A stretch of 64,000 bases of DNA. Source: Nanobdellota archaeon. GTDB lineage: Archaea; Nanobdellota; Nanobdellia; Pacearchaeales; GW2011-AR1. Both the position numbers and the translations under genes were made by a program. The number at the start of each line of letters is the position of its first letter. Position 1 is the stretch's first letter. The notes below the pieces were generated by a model. The model saw only the letters and a program-made list of their open reading frames with translations. It was not told the DNA's origin and searched no databases. The DNA is taken from positions 2,339 to 66,338 of the forward strand of contig DUKY01000015.1 of assembly GCA_013329055.1 (NCBI GenBank). Direction: 5' to 3'. Positions 1 through 9,778 of the stretch are shown here, in pieces.

Positions 1-1
1 T

Positions 2-391
2 GTTTATTATGAAGGGCAATTAATTGATTTCAAAGAAGGTTTAGACGCTGTTATTGATATAGTTCCGTCTTTTGAAGGTCAGGGAATAAATCCATTAGGT
101 GCAGCAATTTACCTTTCTCCAAAGGTTTCTAAAGGCTTATTTGCACAGTTATATTTATTAGATGATGCATTTAATAATTATCCAACTCTTAAAATTGCAC
201 ATGTTGAATCTGATATGGTAATAAATAGTCTAAGAAGCATGGGTTACCAAGGCGGTGAGTTTATCTTCTATCAGGGGCTTAGAGGACCATTAAAAATCTG
301 GGAAGTAAATTATCCTGAAGATACAAAAGTAATCCCAGAATTCAAAGAAGTTCTTAATGGATATGCAAGATTTGATGAGGTTTTTTATTAA
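2..391 (+). CDS. 3' end of a CDS truncated by the window edge. Function unknown; an oligosaccharyltransferase-like C-terminus is only a guess from context.
   Basis: Open frame from base 2 to TAA at 389-391 (VYYEGQLIDFKEG...GYARFDEVFY*), followed by a T-rich tract. No motif recognised. Confidence 0.4.
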   Translation, partial: VYYEGQLIDFKEGLDAVIDIVPSFEGQGINPLGAAIYLSPKVSKGLFAQLYLLDDAFNNYPTLKIAHVESDMVINSLRSMGYQGGEFIFYQGLRGPLKIWEVNYPEDTKVIPEFKEVLNGYARFDEVFY

Positions 392-457
392 AAAAGATTC
401 GCATCCTTTTTGAAATAAAAAAAGAAAAATAAAAAAATAAATTTTAGTTCTGTGGAA

Positions 458-1372
458 TTATTCTTCAAATGGATAACTTAAACCATTTCCTGAATTATAT
501 AATTCAGAAATTTCATCAGCAGTTAATGCTCTATTCCAGATGCCAAGTTCGTCTATCTTCCCATCAAATTCTCCATAATTGTCTGGTCTGTCTAATACTC
601 CAATTGCTAATTGTGTATAGGCAATATCATTTAACCATCCCCCTCCATTTCCTGTTGTTTCCATCAATGAGCCATCAATATATATTGCAGATCTTGAGAT
701 TCCGTCAGAAGTATAAACTACATGATGCCAGCTATTGGTCGTTATTGCACCATTATTTGTTGAAATTGTTCCGACTGCTTGAACCGTAAAAGCTAATGCT
801 CCACTTTCGCCAATGTGTAACATAATCCATGGTTCGTAGTTGATTCCTGCACATAAAATACCCTCTGTTTCTCCTGAAATGCTGTTCACATTAATCCATG
901 TAGAAATGGTCCCCTCTGAAGATGAGCCAACTATATTTGGGATTGATACATAATTGCTCATTCCATCAAACTCTTTAGCATCTCCAATTATTCCCTCAGT
1001 ATTTGTAGCCCCATAGTTCGTTCCATCATAAATTCCATGAGAATCCAAAACATCTCCGTCAAATTTGTAATAGCTCACTAAACCTTTGGTTAATCCTGGT
1101 TCTTTGATAGTGTAATTTACAAGTAAGCCTCTTTCATAATACCATGTATGAACTTTTCCCTCATCGTCAGTTTCACTCCAGTTTATTGTAATCCCTTTAT
1201 TCCCTAATCCATTATTGTTCTCTGCAGCATAGTTAAAATTCTCTGAAGAATTTTCACCTTTTGCTGTAATTGCAACAATAGTCATAATTGTCGTAAAACA
1301 TATAACAACAAAAATTGCAAAAGACATACAAATAAATTTTTTTCCTTCATTAATTTGATTCATTTTTATCAT
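458..1372 (-). CDS. Membrane-anchored or secreted LamG / concanavalin-A-like lectin domain protein
   Basis: N-terminal hydrophobic anchor (FICMSFAIFVVICFTTIMTIVAI). Laminin_G_3-type signature: GLVSYYKFDGD..D..G..DG, STWINVNS, WHHVVYTSDG, IYIDGSL, IDELGIWNRALTADEISELY. Confidence 0.75.
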   Translation of the reverse strand: MIKMNQINEGKKFICMSFAIFVVICFTTIMTIVAITAKGENSSENFNYAAENNNGLGNKGITINWSETDDEGKVHTWYYERGLLVNYTIKEPGLTKGLVSYYKFDGDVLDSHGIYDGTNYGATNTEGIIGDAKEFDGMSNYVSIPNIVGSSSEGTISTWINVNSISGETEGILCAGINYEPWIMLHIGESGALAFTVQAVGTISTNNGAITTNSWHHVVYTSDGISRSAIYIDGSLMETTGNGGGWLNDIAYTQLAIGVLDRPDNYGEFDGKIDELGIWNRALTADEISELYNSGNGLSYPFEE

Positions 1373-1493
1373 TTATCTCCTTTCATCTTTATAAAATAGG
1401 ATTCTAAGAATCCATGATTCTATGAGAAGAATTATTGCCTTTATGAATCTTATAGAATTTTTGGGATAAATTTTTTTAAAAAATGTCTTAAAT

Positions 1494-2609
1494 TTATTTC
1501 AACGCCTCTTCATAAATCTCTCTTAATTTCTTATTTCGTTTTTCAATTGAAAACATACCATTAATAACTTCCTTTCTTGCTTCTTTTCCCATTTTCTCTC
1601 TTAACTTTTTGTCTTTTATTAAAATTTCAGTTTTTTTAATAAATTCATTTAACATATCTTTATTCATACATTCGTAATAGTATTTTTTCCAATCTTTAGA
1701 CAAATCTACCAATAATCCATACTTTCCATTCTTTAAAAGTTCAGCCTTTGCAAAAGTGTTTGATGTAACAATTGGCAATTCATATGCCATTGCTTCAGGA
1801 ACAGTAAAACCATAAGAATCTCCAAAACCTGGATAAAAAAATATGTCTGCAGAAGGATAAATTTTTTCAAATAATTCTTCTTGTGGGACTAAATCCATAA
1901 TTTTAATTTGTTTATTTTGAGAATATTTTTTTTTGAATTCTTTTGGAGTAGGGCAAATAAAAATAAATTCAATATTTGGATATTTTTTTGATAATTCATT
2001 AAAGACATAAAGAGTTTGTCTTCCTCCTTTGGCATCAAACCATCTAGCAACAAAAAGAATTTTTAAATTTTTATGAAGAATTTTTTTAAAATTTTTAATT
2101 GGTAAACCAAAATGTAAAATCTCAATTTTATCTAAAACTTTTTTATTTTCTAGGAATGCTTTTTCAAAAGATTTTTTACAATCTTCTGACCAGCAAATAA
2201 TCTTTTTGCAATATTCACTTTCTAATCGATTTTTGATTATCCATTTGCCTAATTTAGATTCTGCAATTTTTCCTCCTGCACTAACCCTATCCCAAACTTC
2301 TGTATCCACAACCCATGGTTTTTTATTTAAACTTAAACAATGTGCACAGTGAATTAAATCACAATTGGGGTTTAATGTATATGTTAAATTTGGTAATTGT
2401 AAAATATTCAAAATTTTTCTTAAGAAATTCTTAAACCTTCTCATAGCTTCAAATCTCTTGGATGAACCAATAATCTGCATTTTTTGTTTATTTGATTTTT
2501 TATAATTAACATAAGCCACATTTTTTGGAGGATATTCTAAAATATTTTTATAATAAGAACTATCTGGGAATTTCCAAGGATATTGCAAATGTATTTTGAT
2601 TTGTTTCAT
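1494..2609 (-). CDS. Glycosyltransferase, GT-B fold (GT4/GT1-like)
   Basis: C-terminal GT1 signature: SYGFTVPEAMAYELPIVTSN...LVD. Confidence 0.7.
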   Translation of the reverse strand: MKQIKIHLQYPWKFPDSSYYKNILEYPPKNVAYVNYKKSNKQKMQIIGSSKRFEAMRRFKNFLRKILNILQLPNLTYTLNPNCDLIHCAHCLSLNKKPWVVDTEVWDRVSAGGKIAESKLGKWIIKNRLESEYCKKIICWSEDCKKSFEKAFLENKKVLDKIEILHFGLPIKNFKKILHKNLKILFVARWFDAKGGRQTLYVFNELSKKYPNIEFIFICPTPKEFKKKYSQNKQIKIMDLVPQEELFEKIYPSADIFFYPGFGDSYGFTVPEAMAYELPIVTSNTFAKAELLKNGKYGLLVDLSKDWKKYYYECMNKDMLNEFIKKTEILIKDKKLREKMGKEARKEVINGMFSIEKRNKKLREIYEEALK

Positions 2610-2642
2610 AATATTTATTAATGAAGTTAAGTTATAAATTTT

Positions 2643-3479
2643 ATGAAAAATAAAACAATGAGTCTAAAATTAACAACAGATAAATTAAAATATCAAAATT
2701 TAAATAAGCAGGAAAAAAACCAGCAGTGGTGGGAAGAATTGCCTATGACTTATGAAGATTGGGATTCAAAAAAAAGAATTCCCGAAACAAAAGAAGATTT
2801 TTTAGAAATTGAAAAAAGATTTTTAGAAGAAAGTCCTTTTATTAAAAATCAATTTAATTTTAAAAGATTCAAAAATAAAAAAGTTTTAGAAATCGGTTGT
2901 GGGTCTGGAGCTGTTAGTTGTTTATTCGCAAAAAATGATGCAAAGGTTACAGCAGTAGATATCACCAAACAAGCCATTAATCTCGTAAAAACAAATGCGA
3001 AATTACAATGCTTGAATATTAATGCTTTACAGCAAGATGCCGAAAAATTAACTTTTGCAAAAGAAAATTTTGATTATGTTTTTTCCTGGGGGGTATTGCA
3101 TCATTCTCAAAATACTTTAGATGCATTTAAACAAGTGGAGAGAGTTTTGAAAAAAGGTGGTTCTGGTTTAATAATGGTTTATAATAAAAATAGTGCTAGA
3201 TATTATATTAACGGATTAAATTGGTTAATTTTAAAGGGAAAAATTTTCAAAGGATATAATCTGAGAAATGTTCAAGATTTCTATACTGATGGGTATTATC
3301 ATAGACATTTTATTCCAAATGAATTAAAACAAGAATTGGAAAAACTTGGATTAAAATGTACTAAAGTATTTACAACGCACATGGGTCATAGGATGCTTCC
3401 GTTTGCCCCCCTATGGTTTGAAAAATGGATTAAGAATAATTATGGGTGGTTGTTAGTTATAGAATTTGAAAAAAGGTAA
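2643..3479 (+). CDS. Class I SAM-dependent methyltransferase
   Basis: Motif I VLEIGCGSGAVS, then the acidic loop AVDIT and FDYVFSWGVLHH. Confidence 0.75.
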   Translation: MKNKTMSLKLTTDKLKYQNLNKQEKNQQWWEELPMTYEDWDSKKRIPETKEDFLEIEKRFLEESPFIKNQFNFKRFKNKKVLEIGCGSGAVSCLFAKNDAKVTAVDITKQAINLVKTNAKLQCLNINALQQDAEKLTFAKENFDYVFSWGVLHHSQNTLDAFKQVERVLKKGGSGLIMVYNKNSARYYINGLNWLILKGKIFKGYNLRNVQDFYTDGYYHRHFIPNELKQELEKLGLKCTKVFTTHMGHRMLPFAPLWFEKWIKNNYGWLLVIEFEKR

Positions 3480-3499
3480 ATCTTTCATTTCTATTATTA

Positions 3500-4219
3500 C
3501 TATAATATTCTAACTGTAACTGCTCCACCATTTCTATGTAGATAACCAATATATTCATACTTTATTTTGTTTTTTTTCACAAATTCTTGAAAGGCTTTGA
3601 ACTCCCCTTGTTTCCAATTAGCATGGTTAAAATAATCATCAAATAAAATAATTGTACCTGATTTTATTTTATGACCTAATAAGTCCAGCACTGTTTTAGC
3701 AGAAGAATATAAATCTCCATCCATATGAATAAAAGAAATCTTTTCATTATTTGCTTTTTTTAAATATTCCTTTATACCTTCTTCGAACCATCCTTTTATT
3801 AATCGAACATTGGAGTTAACCTTGGGTAATTTACCTCCTAAATTAAAAACATCCTTTTCATAACCTGTTCTCCAATCTTCTGGAAATCCTACAAATGAAT
3901 CAAAACCTATAACTGTTTTATTTGTGAAACTTGAAATAAGATTAATTGTATCACCTTTATACACTCCAAATTCTAATATATCCCCCTCTTTATCAGCACT
4001 ATTGACCGCATGTTTGAAAAACTCCGGAATGGTTTTAAAACTTCTAACCTTTGGCATATTTTTTAAAATATATTCTGCTGTTTCTTTCGCAGCAATATTA
4101 CTTATTTGGCATTCCAAGTTAATTATATTATTTAGATATACTCTTTCAGTTATTTTGTAAACATATTTATGCAACATTCTGTCTATTCTTTGTTTTATAT
4201 TCATATTACTAATCATCAA
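3500..4219 (-). CDS. TylF / macrocin-O-methyltransferase-like sugar O-methyltransferase
   Basis: GDILEFGVYKGDT, IHMDGDLYSS and ILFDDY are typical of the TylF (Methyltransf_24) family. Confidence 0.7.
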   Translation of the reverse strand: MMISNMNIKQRIDRMLHKYVYKITERVYLNNIINLECQISNIAAKETAEYILKNMPKVRSFKTIPEFFKHAVNSADKEGDILEFGVYKGDTINLISSFTNKTVIGFDSFVGFPEDWRTGYEKDVFNLGGKLPKVNSNVRLIKGWFEEGIKEYLKKANNEKISFIHMDGDLYSSAKTVLDLLGHKIKSGTIILFDDYFNHANWKQGEFKAFQEFVKKNKIKYEYIGYLHRNGGAVTVRIL

Positions 4220-4345
4220 AATTAATTTAAAAATATTTGTGCATTTTAATCTCTTATTTAAATGATTTTTTTCTATTTCCTTATTAAATCTAAAATAAAT
4301 TTAATCTTTAGAAAATTTAATAAATCTTCTTTGTGCTTTAATAGT

Positions 4346-4726
4346 ATGAACAAAATAATTTCTGGGAATATTAACAATGATATAAAAAATAATCCCAAAA
4401 AAAATGGTTGGTTTATGGGTCATTTTATGAATGACAATTCTCCTTTCAAAAATAGTGATTTTGAAATAAAATGGGGAAATCATAAAAAAGGTATTATTAA
4501 ACCCATTTTAGGATTAAATAAAACTGCTAAAACCATGAGCATTTTAATTAGTGGGAAAGTTCTTATTAAATTTACAGAAGAAAAAGAAGTAATACTCTCA
4601 AAGCAAGGAGATTATGTCTTTTGGGGTGCTGGTATATATCATGGATCCGAAGCATTAACAGATGCAGTTACATTAACTATTAGATGGCCTTCTATTCCAA
4701 ATGATCAAGAACTTTTTAAAAAATAA
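4346..4726 (+). CDS. Cupin-fold protein. The start is moved to the internal ATG at 4346.
   Basis: The track ORF 4262-4726 begins in low-complexity sequence. From MNKIISG onward the beta-rich pattern (WGNHKKG...ISGKVLIKF...GDYVFWGAGIYHGSEA) looks like a cupin. Confidence 0.45.
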   Translation: MNKIISGNINNDIKNNPKKNGWFMGHFMNDNSPFKNSDFEIKWGNHKKGIIKPILGLNKTAKTMSILISGKVLIKFTEEKEVILSKQGDYVFWGAGIYHGSEALTDAVTLTIRWPSIPNDQELFKK

Positions 4727-4852
4727 ATTTATTTTGAAATCTTTCCTTAAAAATAACTTATCTCTAAATGTTGCACTTTACTAGTGATTTAAGATATTAT
4801 AATAACACTTCAGAGATTATATACTTATCATCTTATTTTATTTTCTATAAAC

Positions 4853-4922
4853 TATAAATGTGTAAAATTATAAATGTGTAAAATTATAAATGTGTAAAAT
4901 TATAAATGTGTAAAATTATAAT
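4853..4922. repeat. 16-bp tandem repeat (tataaatgtgtaaaat), 4 full copies plus a partial copy
   Basis: Exact copies at 4853, 4869, 4885 and 4901, with a partial copy from 4917. Lies about 35 nt upstream of the ATG at 4956. Each unit carries a TATA-like ttataaat. Confidence 0.95.
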
Positions 4923-4955
4923 AATATTAATAAACTTATATTTATTTATCAAATA

Positions 4956-6125
4956 ATGAGTAAAAAAAATGTTGATATTGTTTATGCTGTTGCATCTAAA
5001 CTAGGAAGTATTGGGATTGGAACAATTGCATATCATGCTATCAAAAAAGTTAATGATTCTCCGAATCTTTCTTATAATATTTTTTGTAGAGGTTATGATA
5101 ATAAATTAGATTTAAAATCAAAAAGCATTAAATCTTATGGATATTTAGAAACAATTTCATTGCCACTTAGATTTTTAGAAAAAAGTTTAGGATTAACATT
5201 AAATCCATTTAAATATATAAATTATTTTTTTGGTAAACTAATTAATAAAAATCTTCCTAATTGTAAGATTTATCATACCTGGGTTGGATTTGCTCCTGAA
5301 GCAATAATGAATGCTAAAAAAAATGGTGCTACATTAATCTTAGAAGGGGCCAATAGTCATCCCTTAAATTATTCAAAAATTTTAAATAAAGAATATAATA
5401 AATTAGGATTAAAAGAATTTTTAATAGATCCGAATTCATGGGAAAAACAATCTGAAATACTAAAAGAATTTGATTACGTGACCTGCACTTCTGATTTTGT
5501 TTATAATTCTTTTTTAGAAAGAGGTTTTAGTAAAAAACAATTAATCAAAATGCCTTATGGTGTTGAATTAAAAAATTTTAAAGTTAAGAATCATGTTAAC
5601 AAAAAATTAAAGTTTGTTTTTATTGGAAGTATACAAGTTAGAAAAGGGATTTACTACTTATTAAAAGCATGGGATGAGTTAAAATTGAAAGATGCTGAGT
5701 TAATTATTGTTGGAAGAGTTTGGGCTGATGCAAAAAAAATAGTTGATAAATATAAAGATAATAATACGATTAAATTTGTTGGCTTTGAGTCAAATCCTCA
5801 AAAATATTTAGAGAGTTCTGATGTTTTTGTTTTTCCTACTCTTGAAGAGGGGTCTGCCCTTGTCACATATGAGGCTATGGCCTCAGGTTTGCCATTAATA
5901 ACAACATTTAATTCTGGTACTATTGCAAGAGATAAAAAAGAAGCATTAATTGTTCCCGCAGGAAATGTTGAAGCGTTAAAAGAAAAAATAAAGTATCTTT
6001 ATGATAATCCCAAAATTATTTCTAAAATGGGAAAAGATGCAAGAAAAAGGGTTGAACAGTTTTCTTGGAAAGATTATGGGGAAAGAATTGCTAAATTTTA
6101 TGAAGAAATTTTAAATAAAAAATGA
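4956..6125 (+). CDS. Glycosyltransferase family 4 (GT-B)
   Basis: VFVFPTLEEGSALVTYEAMASGLPLITT... is the EX7E-type GT4 signature. Confidence 0.8.
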   Translation: MSKKNVDIVYAVASKLGSIGIGTIAYHAIKKVNDSPNLSYNIFCRGYDNKLDLKSKSIKSYGYLETISLPLRFLEKSLGLTLNPFKYINYFFGKLINKNLPNCKIYHTWVGFAPEAIMNAKKNGATLILEGANSHPLNYSKILNKEYNKLGLKEFLIDPNSWEKQSEILKEFDYVTCTSDFVYNSFLERGFSKKQLIKMPYGVELKNFKVKNHVNKKLKFVFIGSIQVRKGIYYLLKAWDELKLKDAELIIVGRVWADAKKIVDKYKDNNTIKFVGFESNPQKYLESSDVFVFPTLEEGSALVTYEAMASGLPLITTFNSGTIARDKKEALIVPAGNVEALKEKIKYLYDNPKIISKMGKDARKRVEQFSWKDYGERIAKFYEEILNKK

Positions 6126-7102
6126 TTAATGGCAAAATTTTAATTACAGGGGGGGCAGGATATATTGGTTCACACGTTGTTAGGCATTTAATAAATGAGG
6201 GGATAAGCCCAAGTGACATTGTTATTTTTGATAATTTAGAAAGAGGAAATATTGAAATGATTCCAAAAGAAGTAATATTTGAAAAAGGAGATTTGCAAAA
6301 TAAAGATGATATTAAAAAAATATTTTTGTTGAACAAAATTTCTTACGTAATTCATTTTGCAGCATATGCTTATGTGGGGGAAAGTATGGTTTTTCCGGAA
6401 AAATATTTTGAAAATAATGTTTGTGGGGGATTGAACTTATTGAATGCTATGATTGAAAATAATGTAAAAAAGATAGTTTTTTCTTCTAGTTGTGCAATTT
6501 ATGGGAATCCTAAGGTTCTTCCGATAATGGAAAACAATGATAAAATTCCTATTAACCCTTATGGTCTATCAAAATTAATGTTCGAAGAAATTTTGAAATG
6601 GTATGATAAAATTCATGGTATGAAAAGTATTTGTTTAAGATATTTTAATGTTGCTGGTGCGGGAGATGGGATTGGTGAGAAACATGAACCTGAAACTCAT
6701 GTAATCCCTCTTCTTATTCAAGCATCAATTTCAGAAAATGAATTTAAAATTTTTGGTGATGATTATAAAACTCCTGATGGGAGTTGCATTAGGGATTATG
6801 TGCATGTTTCAGATTTAGCTGATGCTCATTATAAAGCATTGAATTATTTAATCTCTAAAAATGAATCTAATCAATTTAACATTGGTAATGGTAATGGAGT
6901 AAGTATATTTACTCTTATCAAAAAAGTTGAAGAAATTACTAGGAAAAAAGTAAAATTTGTTCTTCAACAAAGAAGAGAAGGAGATCCCCCTATCTTAACC
7001 TCCAATTCAACAAAAGCAAATGAAATTTTAAACTGGAAAGCAACAAAAGATATTAATGACATTATTAAAGATGCTTATCTTTGGGAATCAAAAAAAATTT
7101 AA
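6122..7102 (+). CDS. galE: UDP-glucose 4-epimerase
   Basis: ILITGGAGYIGSHVV, SSSCAIYG, YGLSKLMFE (YxxxK), DGSCIRDYVHVSDLA. Length 326 aa. Overlaps the upstream GT by 4 nt. Confidence 0.8.
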   Translation: MINGKILITGGAGYIGSHVVRHLINEGISPSDIVIFDNLERGNIEMIPKEVIFEKGDLQNKDDIKKIFLLNKISYVIHFAAYAYVGESMVFPEKYFENNVCGGLNLLNAMIENNVKKIVFSSSCAIYGNPKVLPIMENNDKIPINPYGLSKLMFEEILKWYDKIHGMKSICLRYFNVAGAGDGIGEKHEPETHVIPLLIQASISENEFKIFGDDYKTPDGSCIRDYVHVSDLADAHYKALNYLISKNESNQFNIGNGNGVSIFTLIKKVEEITRKKVKFVLQQRREGDPPILTSNSTKANEILNWKATKDINDIIKDAYLWESKKI

Positions 7103-7162
7103 CCTTGAATCTTTTCTTTAAAGGACACATAAAATTTAAAAGTTGTTTTATTCTAAAATAAT

Positions 7163-8212
7163 ATGAAAAAAGAAATAAAAGTGAAATTAAATGGATTTTC
7201 TGGGCAATATGAAAACCCTTCGGATTACCTTAAAAAATATTTCCCTATAAAAGTTTTTAATGATAATTTTAATGTCAAATTTGTGAATAATCTCGATGAA
7301 GCAGAGATTATCTTTGAGTCTACTGTGCGTAGTAGTGATTATAAATTTTTAAATGAAAAGAAAAAAAAAGTAATTATTATTTCAGGGGAAGATTTATTTA
7401 AAGAAAGAGACGTTTTTAATCTAATTGAATCTGTTGTCCATAAACTAGGGTTTAAAGAAGAGAAATGGAAAATTATGGATAAAATAGACTCTGTTCTTCC
7501 AAAATTTGTATCAAGTATTCCAATAATTTATTTCTTTCCAAAATTTTTAAAATATGTTAAAAAAATTTCACGTGGAGAGATAAAAAATGCATATGCTCTT
7601 GTTCAAAATGATATGAATGGGGAGAATATTTTCATCCTTCCCTGCTTTTTTCATACTCTTTATTATGACCTGCCTAAATTAATTAAAAATAATAATAAAA
7701 AAATACAAGATAGAAAAAAATTTTGTGCTTTTATTGTTTCAAGTAATTCTTCAAGAGAAAGAGTTCATTTCTTCAAAAAATTGTCTAAATACAAAAGAGT
7801 AGACTCTTATGGGAAGGTTCAAAATAATATGGGCAATCAATTATTCAAATCAAATTGGAATACAAATAATGAGGTTTATAAAAATTATAAGTTTGTAATC
7901 GGTTTTGAAAATAATTTTGCAAAGGAGTATATCTCTGAAAAAGCACAAGTTCCTATGCTTTCAGGTGCAATTCCAATTTATCGTGGGGCTCCAAACATTC
8001 ATGAATATTTTAATACAAAATCTTTTATTAATTATGATGATTATGGAAGTGATGATAAGGTGATTAAAAAGATCATAGAATTAGATCAAGATGATGAAAA
8101 ATATCTTAAAATGGCAAATGAGCCTTGGTTTGTAGATAATAAAATCCCTAAGATTTTTAAAGAAAAAGAAATGGAATTAATTAAATTTTATAAAAAAATA
8201 CTAGAGTCATAA
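7163..8212 (+). CDS. GT10-family alpha-1,3/4-fucosyltransferase
   Basis: FCAFIVSSNSS.RERVHFFKKLSKYKRVDSYGK and YKFVIGFENNFAKEYISEK match the two conserved GT10 FucT motifs. Confidence 0.75.
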   Translation: MKKEIKVKLNGFSGQYENPSDYLKKYFPIKVFNDNFNVKFVNNLDEAEIIFESTVRSSDYKFLNEKKKKVIIISGEDLFKERDVFNLIESVVHKLGFKEEKWKIMDKIDSVLPKFVSSIPIIYFFPKFLKYVKKISRGEIKNAYALVQNDMNGENIFILPCFFHTLYYDLPKLIKNNNKKIQDRKKFCAFIVSSNSSRERVHFFKKLSKYKRVDSYGKVQNNMGNQLFKSNWNTNNEVYKNYKFVIGFENNFAKEYISEKAQVPMLSGAIPIYRGAPNIHEYFNTKSFINYDDYGSDDKVIKKIIELDQDDEKYLKMANEPWFVDNKIPKIFKEKEMELIKFYKKILES

Positions 8213-8328
8213 TACCTTTGATATTCTTTTAAAAACAAACTTTTTATTGATAACAATAAATTATAATAAAGTATATAAACCTTATTTTATGTTTTGTGCT
8301 ATGGAAAAAGGATTGGTTAAATTCTAAT

Positions 8329-9630
8329 ATGAAATCTAGTTTTATTGTTACTAGTAGCAAACAAAATTATAAACCTTTTAGAAATCAACCTTTAGGGGAG
8401 TTATATTTATCGACAATCCTAGAGCAACATTTTAAAGATCAATTGGATGTTTCTATGATTGATTTAAGGTCAATAAATCCTGATGATGCAATTTATCACG
8501 TTCCAGAAAGGGATGTTTATATGTATTCAGTTACAACACTTGATTATTTGGATACTAAAAGGATAGTTGGTGAAATTAGACAAATATATCCTAATGCAAA
8601 ACATATTGCTGGTGGACCACATATTGAGGCACTGCCAGAAGAATCTTCAAAGATTTTTGATGCTATCTCTCTTGGTAAAGGCGAAGAATCAATAAAAAGA
8701 ATGATTGAGGATATCTCCAATTCAAGGTTAAAAAATTTGTATAAGCAAGAGGGAAATATTGATTTTTCTTCATATCCTTATGCTTCAAGAAAATTTCTTC
8801 CAAAATCTGCAATAGCACAATCTGGAATTTTAAATGGGGAGAATCGCGATTTAAATGGGACTTCAGTTTTGTTTTCAAGAGGATGTCCTTTTCAATGTTA
8901 TTTTTGTGCAAATCAAAATAAGGGTAAAACAATTTTTACCCCATTTGAAGTTATGGCTGAAGAGATTGCATATTTAAAAAGAGAGTATGGGGTTGAGGCT
9001 TTAGCTATTAAAGATGATAATGGAATACCCGTAAATAAGAAAATTGCTAAACCTTATTTAGAAACCATTGCTAAAGCTGGAGTTAAATGGAGAGGTCAAA
9101 GTAGAGCTAATGGAATTAGTAGGGATTTTGTTAAACTTGCTAAAGAGTCTGGATGTGTCGAAATTGCAGTAGGAATTGAAAGTGTCTCTGAAAAAGTATT
9201 AAAAAATATAAATAAGAAAATAGAATTAGAGCCTGCAAAAAAATATTTAAAAATGCTTAAAGAAGAAGGAATAGATCGAAGATTATTACTTATCACTGGG
9301 CTCCCCGGAGAACCAAAAGATATTGCAGATAGAACAATAGAATTTATTAAAGAGACTGAACCTTCTTCTGTTTTGTTTTCAATACTTTGTCCTTTGCCTG
9401 GAACTGAGATGTATAGAAATCCTAAGAGATTCGGGATGAAAATTGATTATAATGTGCCTTTTGATTGTTATATCCCTTCAGTTGGAAGATTTGACGAGAA
9501 TGAAAAGCCCAGACAAATATTTGAATATGAAGAAGTAACCCCTTTTGGAAAAGGAATGTCTATGGAAGAGATTTTTAAGAACCATGCTAAAGTTCAAGAT
9601 TTTTTAAGGAAAAATAATTTAATTTTTTGA
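8329..9630 (+). CDS. B12-binding-domain radical SAM enzyme (rSAM-A). Start moved to the ATG at 8329.
   Basis: N-terminal cobalamin-binding-like region ending in HIAGGPH. SRGCPFQCYFCAN is the CxxxCxxC cluster motif. The track start at 8296 is GTG. Confidence 0.8.
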   Translation: MKSSFIVTSSKQNYKPFRNQPLGELYLSTILEQHFKDQLDVSMIDLRSINPDDAIYHVPERDVYMYSVTTLDYLDTKRIVGEIRQIYPNAKHIAGGPHIEALPEESSKIFDAISLGKGEESIKRMIEDISNSRLKNLYKQEGNIDFSSYPYASRKFLPKSAIAQSGILNGENRDLNGTSVLFSRGCPFQCYFCANQNKGKTIFTPFEVMAEEIAYLKREYGVEALAIKDDNGIPVNKKIAKPYLETIAKAGVKWRGQSRANGISRDFVKLAKESGCVEIAVGIESVSEKVLKNINKKIELEPAKKYLKMLKEEGIDRRLLLITGLPGEPKDIADRTIEFIKETEPSSVLFSILCPLPGTEMYRNPKRFGMKIDYNVPFDCYIPSVGRFDENEKPRQIFEYEEVTPFGKGMSMEEIFKNHAKVQDFLRKNNLIF

Positions 9631-9778
9631 GAGGTTATTTTTCTGATTTTATTAAAAAACAAATTAATTTTATATGATTAATATTCATTTTTTTAGATTA
9701 TTATTTATCTGTCAAAAATATTTAAAATGCATTTTTAAATATACATAATTTTAAAAATAAAAATTTCATATCCAAATT

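Noticed and set aside
7361-7369. A9 homopolymer inside the GT10 fucosyltransferase as a phase-variation switch (by analogy with Helicobacter fucT)
   Set aside because: It encodes a Lys run (KKKK). Poly-A Lys runs are common throughout this AT-rich window, so there is no specific evidence for slippage here.
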